DNA of 64,000 nt from NCBI RefSeq assembly GCF_009914755.1, contig NC_060938.1. The stretch is one strand, 5' to 3'. Below, one piece after another: positions 12,241 through 28,848 of this stretch (the stretch's first letter is position 1; each line of letters starts with the position of its first letter). This DNA is from the human T2T-CHM13v2.0 reference genome, Homo sapiens. The translations under genes were made by a program, and so were the position numbers. The notes under the pieces were generated by a model. It ran no database searches. It had not been told where the DNA came from and saw nothing but the letters and a program-made list of their open reading frames with translations.

Positions 12241-15200
12241 CTCCTGTTAAGAAGTTGTTAAAAGTCATTAGCTCTGTGACTAGCATGTAGTAGTCTTGTA
12301 TTTTCACTTCATCCATTTACTTTGTTCAGGTTGATTATATAGTTTGGGGTATATATTTTGAGAAGATGCACCTATAAGATACAAAACTTTAATTAATACA
12401 AAACGTTAGTAGTGTGTATTTTCACTTCATCCATTTACTTTGCTCAGGTTGATTACATAGTTTGGGGTATATACTATGTGAAGATACACCTATAAGACAC
12501 AAAACTTTAATTCAAGAAAATGTTAGACATCTAACATTTATGGTTATATAATTTATTGTCATGTAATTTATTGTTATGTAATTTATTGTTATTTTTCTCT
12601 TATTTAGTCATTTGATAAATATTGAGCTACCTCCTATGCCTTATTTAATTATAATCTGCCAGTTATTTCTTGGCCTTTGGAATTGGCTTTACGTTTAGAA
12701 TACATAAAATATTGTGAATGTAATGAGATCAGTGTCTCATACAGTTTTTCATCCCTTCAAGCAAAGTGAAAAAAAAAGAACTCATCTTTCACGTTTCTAA
12801 CTGATTTTCAACTTTGTTCCAGCAGTGTTGTAGCAGAGTTCCCTTTTCAAATCCTTTGAAAAGATTGCTTCAGAATTCCCTTAGTATAAACCAAAGCCAG
12901 AATTAATACTTTCTTCTGACAGAAACTGAATTCCTTCTGACTTATTTGAGAAGCTGGAATATATACTAGATATGAATTTATTATAATTTGTAACACAATA
13001 TCTAACCCAAAGAAAATTAATAAACATCCAAGTTGTCATGCTTTTACTGGTCCAAATTGAACCCTTTACAGCCTTATCTTTAATGTCTTAGATTTCCCAG
13101 TAGCAAGGTTGATTTAGATAATTTGACATTTAGATGCTAAATAATTTATTTCCTGTTGACTAGACAGGGACTGAAAATTGTGTTTTTATTTAATGCTTAA
13201 GAACTTCTAGCTACCTAAAGGAATGATGGTTTTAAAGTTGTAACATGCAAAATAGTTGCCCTTTGAACTCTTAGACACTATTAGGACACCAATTCTGATC
13301 TAAACAAACTTGGACTGCCTAACAGTTTTGGAGCTTTTGCAAACAGAAGTTTCAGTTAAATTGCAGTGAGTAAGTCTACATATTCAAGAAAAGAAGGGAG
13401 AGAGGAAAAAAGGAAGAGAAGAAAGGTAAATGAACTTTAAACACCATACCATTTTCTATTTCAAAAGAAAAAATAGGAACATTTTTTAAACACCACAGAA
13501 CCACAAACTGTTTAAACTGGAAGAAACTGTAGCCAAAAAATAAAGATTCTATACTGTGAGATAATCACCTAAGATGTTCTACTATATAAAATCTCATTTA
13601 GAAAATCTTTAATAATGATTTATTACTTATTTCAATATATTTATCTACAGTGCTCCACCCTTTCATTCACATGTATTATTTTTATGCCATTTGTATACTA
13701 TAGTTAGAAAACTGGAGATAGTGTGAAGAAATCTTAGAATTCTATCTTTTGAAAACACTACAACTGCTGCTATTAAAATTTATTGATTCCTACCTCACTT
13801 TCAAATTTGTAGAAATGAACTGGAGTATATAAATTGTCTTGTTAAAAATAAAATTAGTATATATCTCTCTCTCTGACATACATATTAGTAGCTAATCCAT
13901 AGAGATAATGGGAAAACACATTACATTCTGTTTGACAGGGATATTTGATATATCCATCTAATTAAAGCATTCTTTAAAAAGAATTGAGAAGAATTCTGTC
14001 TACTTGGGCATACATTTTTAAATTTCCATAATAAAAATATTTTTAAAACACACTATTGTAGTTGGCACTAGCGAATTTCTGCTTATCCTTGTATATTGCC
14101 TCATATAATGATCATTTACAATATAAAAGAGGTCATCAGTGAAAATAGGGCAAGAAAAATTTAAAGTTTAAGATGAGGGAATATTAATGGATGTGTAACA
14201 AGTTTAGAAAGTTCTTAAGCTCCCTTAAAACTAATATATAAACTATATGTATCTTTGAGAGAGAAAGGAGATATGTATATCCTCTCCTTCATGGAAGTAG
14301 GAATGAAGAGAGTCCATAAAGTACTTATGTGAAGTCCAGCTTTGTATATACACAGATTAGCTTATCATCATGATGTTCTAAATTTTCTTTCCTATGTTCT
14401 AGAGAATTTACAAATGAAATAGATTAATTAGACATATAGCTAGTTAGAGCCCAAATAAATGATGGCACATTATAATATGATATGTTATAATGTCATATTA
14501 TAATGTGATAGCAGTAAAATGACAGCTCACCTGCATTTATACTTATAGTTCCAGCTGCTGTTTGAATGTCTTTTTGTAATATCAAACTCAGTATGTCCAG
14601 CTCTGCTTTCTAAATACTTCTTTCAATGGTAATGTTCTTAAAGTTTCCCTGCATAGAAATCTTCTAGTTATCTTTTACTCTTTCTTGTTTTTCATCTTTG
14701 ACATTTAGTGTGACATTAAATTTTGTCATTTTTGTTATTTCTCCTTTTGAATTATCTCCTAATCCTTACTTCGGATACATAAATGAACTTTGTTGCCACG
14801 TCTACTTTAAAATCCTGGCTTTGGCCAAAAATAAATAAATAAATAAATAATGAAAATGGCAGCTTTCTATACATTACAGAGGTTTAAGAAATGTGAAGCA
14901 GCTCATGGTCATATATTGCTATGGTTCATCTCCATGGATTTACACAGATTTGGTTTACCACCAATCCTAGTGTAATTTTTAAAGACTCAAATAAGTATCT
15001 TCTTGACCAGCAACAAGGCAAATTTTCTTTTGCTCCTTTTGGGTTTTACTCCTAAACATGCATTTGGGTGAAATGTATAGCCTAGACTTTGGCAAGTAGA
15101 ATTATCAATTTTCCCTGGTCACCTTTTTTCCCTTTCAAAGCATTTCCTTCCCAACCAGTGTTCTTCAGCTAAGCCACAGAACACAGGAAGTAATATGTGT

Positions 15201-15704
15201 AGCTATTTTCTTAAGATCCTGTAAAGATGTTGACATTCTATATTCAAAAAACAGAAGTTTATTCATTACACACAATGAATATAAATGCATTAAGGCTTAA
15301 TTCTCTCCCAGAATTGAGGAAGATATAGTAATCCCATCTTTTAAGTAGCTCAGTACTTCTTGAAGTCATTTGTTATTTAAAGACGCACTTGAAATTTCAT
15401 GTTTGGAAATTCTTTGTGTTGCTTTTTTTTTTTTTTTTTTTTTTTTGGATACCTAGAGTCTCTGAATAGCCTGTGCTTACCATGTGATTTTAGGGCTTGA
15501 GATCGTGAGACATATTTTTATTTTTTTTAAATAACCTCTTTATTTTTCTGAAAGAAACAGATTTAATCAGCTTCTCACCATATTCTAAAAATGTTCCTGC
15601 TTGGCAGTTATTAACATTTTGTCGGTTTTCTTGTACTGTTGAAGCAGACTTACTGAAGATCAATTTAACATACTGTTTAAAGTTTGGGGCTAGATTTGAA
15701 TCCT

Positions 15705-15900
15705 AATCCTGGATTTGAAACCCAACCCTGTGCCTTACTAACTTTGTGACCTTAAGCAAGTTAACTTCTCTGCACCTCATATTCCTGTAAAATAGGAATG
15801 ATACCACCTTTTGGGGTATCTTAAGTATTTAACAGCTTAATATTACTTGGTGCAATGCCTGATATGTGTAAGTACTCAATAAATATTAACTATATTATTA
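15705..15900 (+). mobile_element. MIR
   Basis: tgtgaccttaagcaagttaacttctctgcacctca...ctgtaaaatagg...ctcaataaatatt. Confidence 0.8.
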
Positions 15901-18900
15901 TCAGTATTTATTGTTATATTAAAGGTCCAAAGGTAAAGTTATTTTTTGTTTCAACTAACTCTTTCAGATACATTATCTGTTAGGTTTTTCATAGAGTAAA
16001 ATACGTTTTATGTATAGTGATTAGCCACAACCTGATTGAAACAAGTATTAGCTCCACTATCAACTTAACCTGACATCAGCACTTGTACCATTCCTGCCTT
16101 ACTTCTTTTTCCTAGTCATTGTAAAGGATATAGAATATGAAATACATGAACACTTAATGTCTTTCTTTTCATTCTGCCAGGTGACTATCTTCTCCAGTTT
16201 TTCAATTGTCTTTTTCTCCAAAATCACTTTCCCATTTAGTGTCTGGATTAGTTATGCACATAAACACACCCCAAAGATGACTAATAGGAATAGTGGTTTT
16301 TTATTATCAGTAGTATATTGTCCTTGTATTCTATTATATGTCATACACTACAAGCAATCACCAGTTTATAAGTGGGCAAAGCACTTCCTCACAAAAAGTA
16401 ACTTTATAGTGACTAGATTTCTAGACTAGTGTTCATATAACTCTTAATTAGCTGATATTACACTATTAGTAACTGAATTGAGATTTAAATTGACATATAT
16501 GGATTAATGTAGGAATCTATCTACTAATTGTAACATTATTTCTTAGGAAAATGCACTTTAACTTCTAACAGAATCCAGCCTACTTCAAGGCATTTTACCT
16601 GACAAATTCTGAGTTGCAATGAGATCTACATCCTGTTTTCTTCCTTGGACAGCTCAGTCTTCCTTACAGTACTCATTGTAGTGGAAGGTAAAGGGAGGAG
16701 GAAACTCTAGAAATTGGGACAAGGACTTCCCCACAGCATCATCAATCACTGTTTGTTGAAGGAGTGTATGAATTGAATGTTTATATTAAAGATGTATGCC
16801 AATATCATTAAATTTCAGTTAACTTTATATAGTGTGATATTATTAGTCCTAGATTACTTCTTGCTGCCTCTTCCTGGTAAATGATGATATTTCTGAATGA
16901 TTCTTTATTCATTTGTTAAGTGCTACTTATTAAATACCCTCTGTTTCTTCATATCTTGTAAACAAGATATAGATCTTTGAGTCAGCAGAGCAAAGTTAAA
17001 CAGATATGTGACTGACTGTGATTAAAAGAAGTAATCATTTCTACTGCCGGGTCTGTGTCGATTTAATCAGATGTGGTGAGCTATAATTGCATTTCTCTTT
17101 GCCCCAGTTTACCCGTCTCTAAAATTTGAATAAACTAGACCTTTATGTTCCTCAGAAGGGATATTCTGGTGAAATTTCAGAAAATGGAAGGGAGTCATGA
17201 CAAAGCTAATTCATCATGAATGTAAAAACAGAATTTTTCAGGTACAGTATGAGAGGAATTATATCTTGTTATCCTGTGTGCATTTTACTTTTTACATGAA
17301 AATTCAGTCAGAGAGCCAAATATGTTTAGAAAACATACTCTGAGCTTAAAAGACCATAATGGTTTGGATGTGCTGTGTAAATGTAAAACTTGAAATTGAT
17401 CTTGTTTTGTTATTTTTCCTTGGTTGTTTATACTTTCAGTTTTGCTGAAACTACCAGTAGGTCATAATAAGTCAGCAAGCATTTATTTAACATCTATACA
17501 TTGCTACAGAGTAGATATTGCCATATTAAGCATATAGAGAATGTTGCAAAAATTAAATATGGGGCCTTAATGATTTTACAAATTGAAATATTGTCCATTT
17601 TTTAAAAAATCATAATGTATGAATTCAGGCTATGTTGTTCTAAAATATGACTAGAGGAAATGTCTTTGGCTTTGAAAACTAAAGGTCTTTACTAATCGGG
17701 TGAAAAAAGTCTGTAGGAAAATCACCATTCTTGAGTCCTGTGTTCACAGAATAGTCATGAGTGAGTTATTTTAAATTTCACCAAATTATTGTTAAGTCAC
17801 AAAAAAAGAATTTGGTAAAGGCAGATTTTCCTAGAATAGACTTGAGTTTTTGGAACCTTATTACATAACTTTAAAATGCCGTAATACCTCTTTAGACCAC
17901 ATTTTTCTCTATCAGAGATGGTGTCAGGTTGGTAGTAAGGCTTATTTAATTAATTTTCCAAGTTCAGACATCTTGGAAAGGAGAGATAAAGGCAAGGCAT
18001 GACATTACTCTTTATAAACATGACTTACTGGAGGAGAATGCAAATTTTCATCCTTTAAATCATTTAATCGGCTTTATTGAGTTACCTAATATATTTGGGT
18101 GATAGAGGAGACCCTGAAAGAAAGAGGACCTCAGGAAGCATTATAGGTCAGAATGAGTAGCATATGCACAGCAAAAGTAGTTTGTGAAAGGGAATTTGGT
18201 CTTTTTTTTTTTTTAATTCACTAAGTTGAATTTAAGGGCATATTTTGAGTCTTATGGAATCCATTTTAAACATAGTGATAGCATTTCCTGTGCATTTTTA
18301 GCCACTTAATTATGTGAATAAATGCTTGCTACCCTTTACAGTTGCAGCTGTCATTCTCCAAAGTAGATTCATCCACAATATTTACAGTCGTAAATCCTAA
18401 ATCTATTGTATATATTTAAGATTTTTTAATAGTATTCTTTCACCATTAGGCAGCACCTCCTTGAGAAAGAATTTACATTTTTATTCTCATTTTTAACAAG
18501 AACTATACAGCTAAGATTTATAGAGAACTTGAGGGCTTTTTCTACAATGTACTCCATCATCAGAAGTAGGCTAAATTAGAAATAGAAATGGAGAATATAT
18601 GGTGATGTCTTTTCCATTAGCTTTGAAAAATTCAACTTGTATAGTTACATGTATTTGATGTCAGAGTATTTTATAAGTATGCCTGATTTATCATACTGAC
18701 TTGCTTCTTTTTAACTTAAATATTTTGGGAACACAGACTCATGTTTCATTTTTCAGTGAGTTATTTTATGTCCATGAATAAGCGTCAATGCATTGGTTGA
18801 TAAGTTGAAATCACCTACACCCTTTGAATATGTGTTTTTGCGTCACTTTCGAATCTACCTTTTAAAGTGAATTTGACTTAATTTCCATGTGACTTTTATT

Positions 18901-21285
18901 AGTAGAGAAAGCAAATAATTATGAAACACAGTAAGGGTTATTATATAAAATAATTTTATTTTACAATAAAACAGTTGGATGTGGATTTTACCTAGAAAGA
19001 CTAATATTATATATATATTATATTTCTCCCTTGGAACTGACAAGGGAGAAAAAGTAGGTATATTGGTACTCAAGTGTTTTGTATTTTAAGAGGAAAAAAA
19101 GAATAAAAAAGGGGCAATGGAAAAAAGAGAAGAGAAGGAAGGAGAAAATAAAAGGAAGGGAGGCAATTACCATAGTTTTTCTTCTTTTTTGACATCAGTA
19201 TTTAAATAATAGGTTACTTGTTCTAACTTTCCCATTTTACATCGTTGCAGAGCATAAGCAGCAGCTTGTAGAACAAAGGTGAATTCAGAAAGACCTTAAA
19301 CATATTTTTGGATTAATGTTTCATGAAACCCTGAATGGAATTCAGATTCATGTGGTCTTTTTATAGCCATAGTTTTCAATTATATTAGCAATTTTCCTTG
19401 TCCTATTTCTGTCTGCCTCAGGATACCAAAAAAAGGGTCTATTTTCGAAATTTTGTTCATACCATTCTGCACCCAGTATTGCCTGGAGTCATGAAAACCC
19501 AGCTTGCTGCTATTTTTTCTCTTTGGCAACTTGCTGCTATACCAACACTCAGCAATTAAATCTAATTCTGTTTGGGCTACCATGCTTAAATGTTCTTGTT
19601 GAGAATCATGGCATGAACTAATGCATGGCTCTAAAAAGGCTACTGTTGTGTGTCTGCACTGAAGGAAAAATTCCATAGCAATCTAGCCCCTTTGGATTTT
19701 ATACTGAAGCTGTAGATTAATGGTGAACTTCTGTGTAATGCTTGACAAAGAAGGGAAATCCCTAGAAATGAAAGTGTGAACTGAGGTAAAAATGGTCTTC
19801 AGTCAGATGCTGCTAAATTAATCACTAGTAATCATCAGTTGTGGAGGTTAGGAGTCCCTTCACAGAATGCACTTGGGTGGAAGAGTAGGAAAGAGAAAAA
19901 AAGGATGCCAGTGAGACCTGAAAGAGATTATATGAGGAAATGTTGAGTCCATCTTCATTTGTGTGCTGTCTCAAACATTTAGCTCAGAGTCTGAAATACT
20001 TTTGGTCAAATTAGGACTGATTTTAATTGTCTTATTATACAATTTCACAGCCTCATCATCCAGCATAAAATATATCAAAAATGACTTAATTCCCTCATAT
20101 CCATGACAATTCCAAACTGTTTTTAATAAACTTTATAATTGCCTCCAATATTTTAAAATTTATTAGGAACACTGGTTTCATGTTTAAACAATCAGCATCC
20201 TTTATTAGTTCCCTTAAGCATTCATCTTATTTTAATGTATACAATTTTTACTTGGTAGAAAATAAACCAGATGTTATTTTTCCAAGTGGAAAGAAATCTT
20301 TTTTCTTTCCTTTTACATTACAGTTTCACCTTGAAAATATAAGAAGCAAATGAATGGTCCCAAAATTTGGCATTTATTTTTCTAAGTCATGTTTCTGGGC
20401 TATGAGTTACTGAATTTTGCTTAATTTATTAATGTAAATACAGTAATTGAACCACACAACTGTCAGTTCCTCCATCCTTTGATATGTGGGCTGATGAAAT
20501 ATAAATAAACAAAAAATGTTGTGTGACCAGCAGCTCTGGATCATCTAAATGACCTCCTTTAGTTCATTTCCCTTTCCACATATCAAGTTTATCTATAACT
20601 TCACCAATTTATTAGTTTTAGAGCCATGTAGCACAGTTCAAGAGTTCAAAGGGAAAGTCAAAATAATCTGGGGTTATTCATTCAACTTCAACTGCTACCA
20701 TATGGCAAAGGTCTCTGTAGCCATTCTTACTATTACAGGTCAATGACAGTAGCATTTCTAAAGTGCTCTTGTGCATGTAAGTACCACTCCTTCGGTCAAC
20801 CTATGTCACTGTGCTTTCACTTGCAATTATCTAACTTTCAGACATAACTGAACTCTATTTCTGATCTGAAATGTTCCCCAGCTAGAGTTATCTACCTGGC
20901 CTTTGCTTTATAGAGTCATATGTCCTGGTAGCTGCAAATTAATGATGAATGAAAAAGAGGGAGGAGTGATGGAAGAGAGAGAAGGGAGGGATGGAGAAAA
21001 TAAAAAAGGGAGGAAGGAAACTAGACTCGTTTTTCATTCCTTTTTTACTTCAGCATTTAAAGGGTAGGTCACTTGTTCTAACTTTCCCATTGTAAGTAGT
21101 TGCAGAACATAAGCAGCAGTTTATAGAACAAAGGTGAGGTAGTAAAGGAAGTCATACTGTGTATGTGCTAGAGGGAATCATACTATGTCATTTGCTTTAA
21201 AAGCTGTGTCTGAAATCGCTTTGGCTTCCTTTTAAACATCCCACCTGCAAGGAGGAAATATTTGCAACTGCTCTTCAGATTAGTC

Positions 21286-21964
<679 letters not shown>

Positions 21965-22872
21965 TAAATTTTATAAGCTATACCTTTTGATTACTGCCTA
22001 TTGACTTAAAAGACAGTTCCAGATCAGGGGTTATATTTGTGCTTTTACAGTCTGCTTTATGTTTTGAAGGTTGAAGTAAAAAATGTGAAGAGAAAAAAAT
22101 TGCAAACAGAAGAATAATCTAAGAATCCCTGTTCCATTACTTATTACCTCATTTACATTAACCCACTTTCTCACTGCAGTTTCCTACACTTTATTTTTTC
22201 TTGTGCTTCTTTTCCCTTTCCTTGTGTGTTTGTTTTTTTCATTAGAAATCACCTGTCTCTTTATTTCTAGTTATTTCTTTTCCTTTCCTTTTTCAATGAA
22301 AGTAATAACCCATTTCAGCCACTGAGAAAGAGTATGAACCTTAATAATTGTTATTAATTTTTGTGTTTCAGTGTGCTTCAAAGGAACAAAATGAGCTTGG
22401 CATAGCTGCTTTTATGTTCTGGTACACTGAGCCTAAATTCTAGGCAAGTAGCTCACAGGAATATAGGAGAGGTAATCTGGATGAAACTAACATAAATAAA
22501 TTAGATACAATATTTCTAACTGTAAAAATTTTATGCATCATATAATGACCCTGTCAAAAGACTATTTATAAATAGAATATGCCTTTTTCAGCTTGAGTTA
22601 AAACATAACGTTAATGGGTCTAGGGTTACAGACTTGTGAATCTAGTTAGCTTCACAGTTGTTCTATGGTAGACTGTAAACTGATCCCAAATGTCTTAATG
22701 TAGATGTGTATGCAGGGGAAGGACTGAGAAACAATGATTCACAGGGAATCTATACACAATTGAGTAAAACTGATTTGAACAGATAGTAAAATGGTCTGTC
22801 TATATTATACTAAAAGGTTTGAATTTTATAATTTTTTGATCAAATGGCATTTTCAATGAGAGTTTCTGGGGT

Positions 22873-23187
<315 letters not shown>

Positions 23188-23381
23188 TAACTTTTGTATT
23201 GTTTTTCATACATTCAGTAAAGAATATAGATAAGCAAAGAGAAAATTAAAATTACCCTTCAGCTCCTCCCATGTTAACTGCTAGTAACTTTTATCAGAAA
23301 GAAATAATAAGGATGGTGAACTGAAGAAAAGAGAAGAGAAAGTAGGGAGTTCTACAGATAATATAGAGTAAATCAAGAATA

Positions 23382-23930
<549 letters not shown>

Positions 23931-24403
23931 TCAATGGTGCAACTGTCTAGGACAGTGGTTAGAATTTAATAGCATTCTCAGTTCAATAAATACTTAGTGA
24001 AGGAAAAAAATAATGAAAAAAATATATGGGTTGAAAACATTGACATTGTTTGTTTTTAGGATAGTGTAAATGGGTATTTAGATGATATCAAATTCTAAAT
24101 TTGAGAAATCCAAGCTAAAGTGTTTTGGGGTATTGAAAGCCTAATGTAAATGTCCTTGGGAAAATTAGTTTCTTTTTTTTATAGTTCCCATTATTTAATG
24201 AAATGTTTCAAATGTTATATATAGTAAACAACAGATAATATAACAAACACCCATTTGGTAACCATTTAGATTTAGCACATTTTAATGTTTTACTATGATT
24301 TATTCAGATCTTTTGATATATTTTTAGGAAACTGAACAATTGTGACAAAGCTCAAATTTCCTTTGCATAGAATTCTCATATAAGAACAAAACAGAATATT
24401 AAA

Positions 24404-24709
24404 GGCCTGGCACAGTGGCTTATGCGTGTAATCCCAACACTTTGGTAGGCCAAGGCAGGAGAATCACTTGAGTCCAAGAGTTTGTGACCAGCCTGGACAA
24501 CATAGGGTGACCCCACCTCTACAAAAAAAAAAAAAATTATCTCGGGGGGATGTCACATGCCTATGGTCCCAAGCTACTCAGGAGGCTGAGGTGGGAGGAT
24601 CACTTGAGCCTAGGAGGTTGAGGCTGCAATGAGCTATGATGGTACTACTGCACTGTAGCCTGGACAGTAGAGTGAGACCTTGCCTCAAAAAAAAAAAAAA
24701 AAAAAAAAA
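24404..24709 (+). mobile_element. AluJ
   Basis: ggaggatcacttgagcc...gaggctgca diagnostics; A-tail. Confidence 0.9.
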
Positions 24710-25865
24710 GAAGGAAAATTAGGATTGTGTTCTTTCCACATATGGGGCATATGTTGACCCGGCATTTGAATAATGCTATATTTCCCAGGATCCTTTTTAC
24801 TCCTCTTTCTCTCTTTCTGCTTATATTTATTTTCAAGTAACCTACTGGTTTATAGTATAACTTTAATGATTTTCAGTGTGTGCTATGAAGATAGAATACA
24901 CAGACCCACTAAATATGTGTGTGTTGTGTGTATAAATACACAGATTTTATATATATATATGATCACTTCTGTTTGTTGTGCTCAGATTACAATAAAATAA
25001 ACTGGTCAGAAGCAGGCAAGATGTCTCAAAACTACTCTGGCTAATCCTAACCAAACCACTGTGTCATACCTCTATACTAGAAATATATAGGAAATCAAAA
25101 GGAACCAAACTGGAATGCAAATGAAACAAAAATCACTAACACTGAACCAACGCACCTCCTGGCATTATTAATAACATTGTTCTGTCCCAAATGAAACTTC
25201 ATATACTTTGGACATGGAGGTTAATGATTGCTAAAAAGAGAAAATCTTTATAATTAAGTTTTCTCTGGTTTGATGGTTATTCCATGTGATGCATCTTTCC
25301 ATAAATTTTGAGAATGCCTCAACACTTATAGGGATAGATTTAACAGTCAGGAGAATACTAGCAAGTGTAGTAGCTATCATGGATCAATAGCATTATGAAA
25401 TCATAGCTTTAATGCAGAAATTTATTTATGGTAAAACTTCAATAAACAACAAAAATTGTATTCTGTCTTTTAAGAGATGCCTTCATTGACTTTTATGAAA
25501 TAGCAGATTTTTTCCCAAAAGGTACTTTTGTATCCCACTTTGCTGGAACCCTAAGTCTGAACACCCGTGTGTCTTTTTATTACCAATCTTTGGCCTTTCT
25601 GACCAATTACAACAGTCTTCTTTGATGTGGAAGAGGTTACAAATATTTCCAGGCTAGGAGGGATTGGGGAGAGTAATTTCAGTCTGGATTTCGGTAGTTT
25701 GTATCATAGTCATTATAGCCATTATTATTGTCACTTTCATCATTACCAGAAAAACATGTATTTGTCCTTTATACAATGTTGGATATGATAACAAATGCTC
25801 TACATGCATTAGCTTATTTTAGTCTCACAATAATTCTATGAGGTGGAAATTCAACAAAACATTTG

Positions 25866-26210
25866 AGCCTTTGCACACCTTTAGCTGTTTCCTCAGTCTG
25901 GAAAGTTCTTCCCCATGATCTTCATCTGGCTGTCTCAAATCTTAACTAAAATGATACTTATTCAGAGAAGTCTTCCTTGCTTACTCTTGTCTAAAATAGC
26001 TATACCTTATCACTACTTATTTTTTTATTCCATTACTGTATTTTATTTTCTTTATAGCACTAACCACTTTCTGAAACTATCTTATTTATGTACTTATTAG
26101 TTTAGGTGCTTATCATCTGTCTACTACTATTAGAATGTAAATTCCAAGATAGCAAGGTCTTTATCAATTTTGTTCATGTTTTACCTCCAGCACCTAGATA
26201 AGAGCCTGGC
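25866..26210 (+). mobile_element. L2 3' end fragment
   Basis: tagaatgtaaattcc...ttttgttcatg...ccagcacctaga...gcctggc. Confidence 0.75.
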
Positions 26211-27289
26211 GATGGCTCTGGGCAACTGAGCTTAGCTCAACACATACTCTTTTTTATTATTATTATTATTGTTAATTTCTTTTTTCCACATATTTGTTCA
26301 ATAATTGAATAGTATTATCTTGATTTTTGTAGATGTGGAAACTAATACTTGAAATAATTTAGTCAAGGTTATTTAGCTAGCCTAACTTCCTATGTTTTTC
26401 CTGCTGAAAAGAGGATTCGCTACATACACAAGTCTCTAGCTTTAACCGATCTAATTAGTGCATGTCTCTGGACCTACAGGTATAGGGCTTATGTTAAGAA
26501 AAAAATTTACATACATCTGAAATAATCTGACCTATATTGCTCATCCTGAAAATGAGTTATATATTATATTATTAAACTATACTTGTTAACTATTACTTGG
26601 TTAGATCATGAGAGGCTTGATTAACAACATAATGTACGCCATACATAGCTGTAATACTAGGCATCAGAATGCCTAGTTCTTATATATTTCTCGAAGAAAC
26701 TTTTCTACACACTTTCTAAGCTCTTGCTACTTTACTAGTGCAGTATAGACATATATTTGTACATCTTTCATGTGCCTTATGAATGCTAGTTAAGCATTTA
26801 GAAAAATAAAGTCACAACTTTTTCAATCAATCTAAAATATGATTTAGAAAGGAAAACAATACAGCCACACTGAAATGAGTAAAGCATTAGGGTTTTTTTA
26901 ATGATCAAATAGGTGATAAGACATGACATTTAAGAATAAAAACTAAGAATATTAAATCTAATTAAAAACTCAGTATTTCAAACTTCATGCTTAATGAAAA
27001 CGAATGTGACTTTCTTCCAGAAGTGTCACAAAATGCATAATAATTACAAATACTCAATAATTCAAGTTTTTATATTATTGACTGTATCTATTCCTTGGCC
27101 TCTATTTTTTAGAATTAATCAATATTTTCTGAAAACTTCCTGTTCACATACTCACCTAAATTAATCTTACTTGATCTTACTTTTGAGAACTGTCAAAATC
27201 ACACACACGCAAAACAAAAAAAAATCAGCATTTCTTATTACAGGCCTAGAATATCATCCAAACAAAAGGATAATAGTAGGAACAACAAT

Positions 27290-27520
27290 ATAGTAATAGC
27301 TAACAATATATACTGTTAACTCTGAGCTACTCTCTAAGCAAGCACTTTACATGTATCTCTAAGCAAGCACTTTACATGTATTCTTATTTTCTTTACAAAT
27401 ATCTTATGAGATAGATGTTATTATTATCTTCACTTATACGTGAAGTTATGACTTATACAGTGTTATACAGCTAATAATGGTAGAGCCAAAATTCAAATCT
27501 AGACAGTTTTTTTCCAGAAT
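27290..27520 (-). mobile_element. MIR with an internal perfect 25-bp tandem duplication (27331-27380)
   Basis: agcactttacatgtatt...tatgagatagatgttattatt; tctctaagcaagcactttacatgta occurs twice. Confidence 0.7.
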
Positions 27521-28528
27521 ACTACTCCCCAAAGTTCTTTTGTTATACCATTCTCCGTCACCCCTACATTCAAATCCCTGTTCTCAGTGGTTCTCATCGC
27601 TAAGAGAAACAGTCAAGAGCAAAGAAGCAATGAAAATTCAAGTTGTGATTAGGAATGCAATGATTGTCATTGTTAGGTTAGAAAGGTGGAGTGATTGATA
27701 GTGTACAGATAATTAAGTTTGGAAGTCAAGAGAACCAAGTTCTATTACTACTTTACTGTATGACCTAAAACCAGTAATAATTCCTACCTTCTAACCTTTA
27801 GAATGAAGAGTAATTACTCTGTAAAATAATCAGTTATTCATCTTAAGATTGGGAAATAATGAATAATCTGAAATTCCTCTTAGCCAAAAATACTTCATTT
27901 AGCTTTATAATACATTATATAATTTGGGTAGTAATTTTTCTTCATATTTATGATCAACATTAACATTTTCAGAACAAGCACCAAACCAAAACGATTGTTG
28001 GTACCAAGAGGAGACCAGCCTGGGATTTGCAAAGTTTCCAGAGGTCACTGAACATGGTTCAACTTGGAATTAAAGCTTTATATAGGAAATACATTAAGAA
28101 CATTTAACATTGATGCTTAAATTCATATTTCCTTGAGTCATGGTGATAACCAGTTCTAAAGAATAGAAAGTGTGTTCTACATATTATAGTATTTTCTTTA
28201 AGAACAAATAAGGAACTCACCAAGTTACCTATAAAGAAGCATAAACAAGCTTTGATTTTCAGTGGTAATTATAATTAACTTCACCAGCTATATAACCTGA
28301 CACACTTCCGACTTCTTTAAGAATGGGTCAATACTGAAAAGGAAGTGTTTTTCACATTAACCTAGAACTTAGGAAAGCTCGGTGGAATTTAACAATGAAA
28401 ATTTATATAACAGTGGGAAAACATTTAAGAATGGTCACCTGGAAAAGATTTATAAAATTGTTTTGCTTATAAATATTGTCTATTTGCCGGCATTCTCTTA
28501 TGTTGTACATAGATTTAAAAAAAACAGC

Positions 28529-28848
<320 letters not shown>

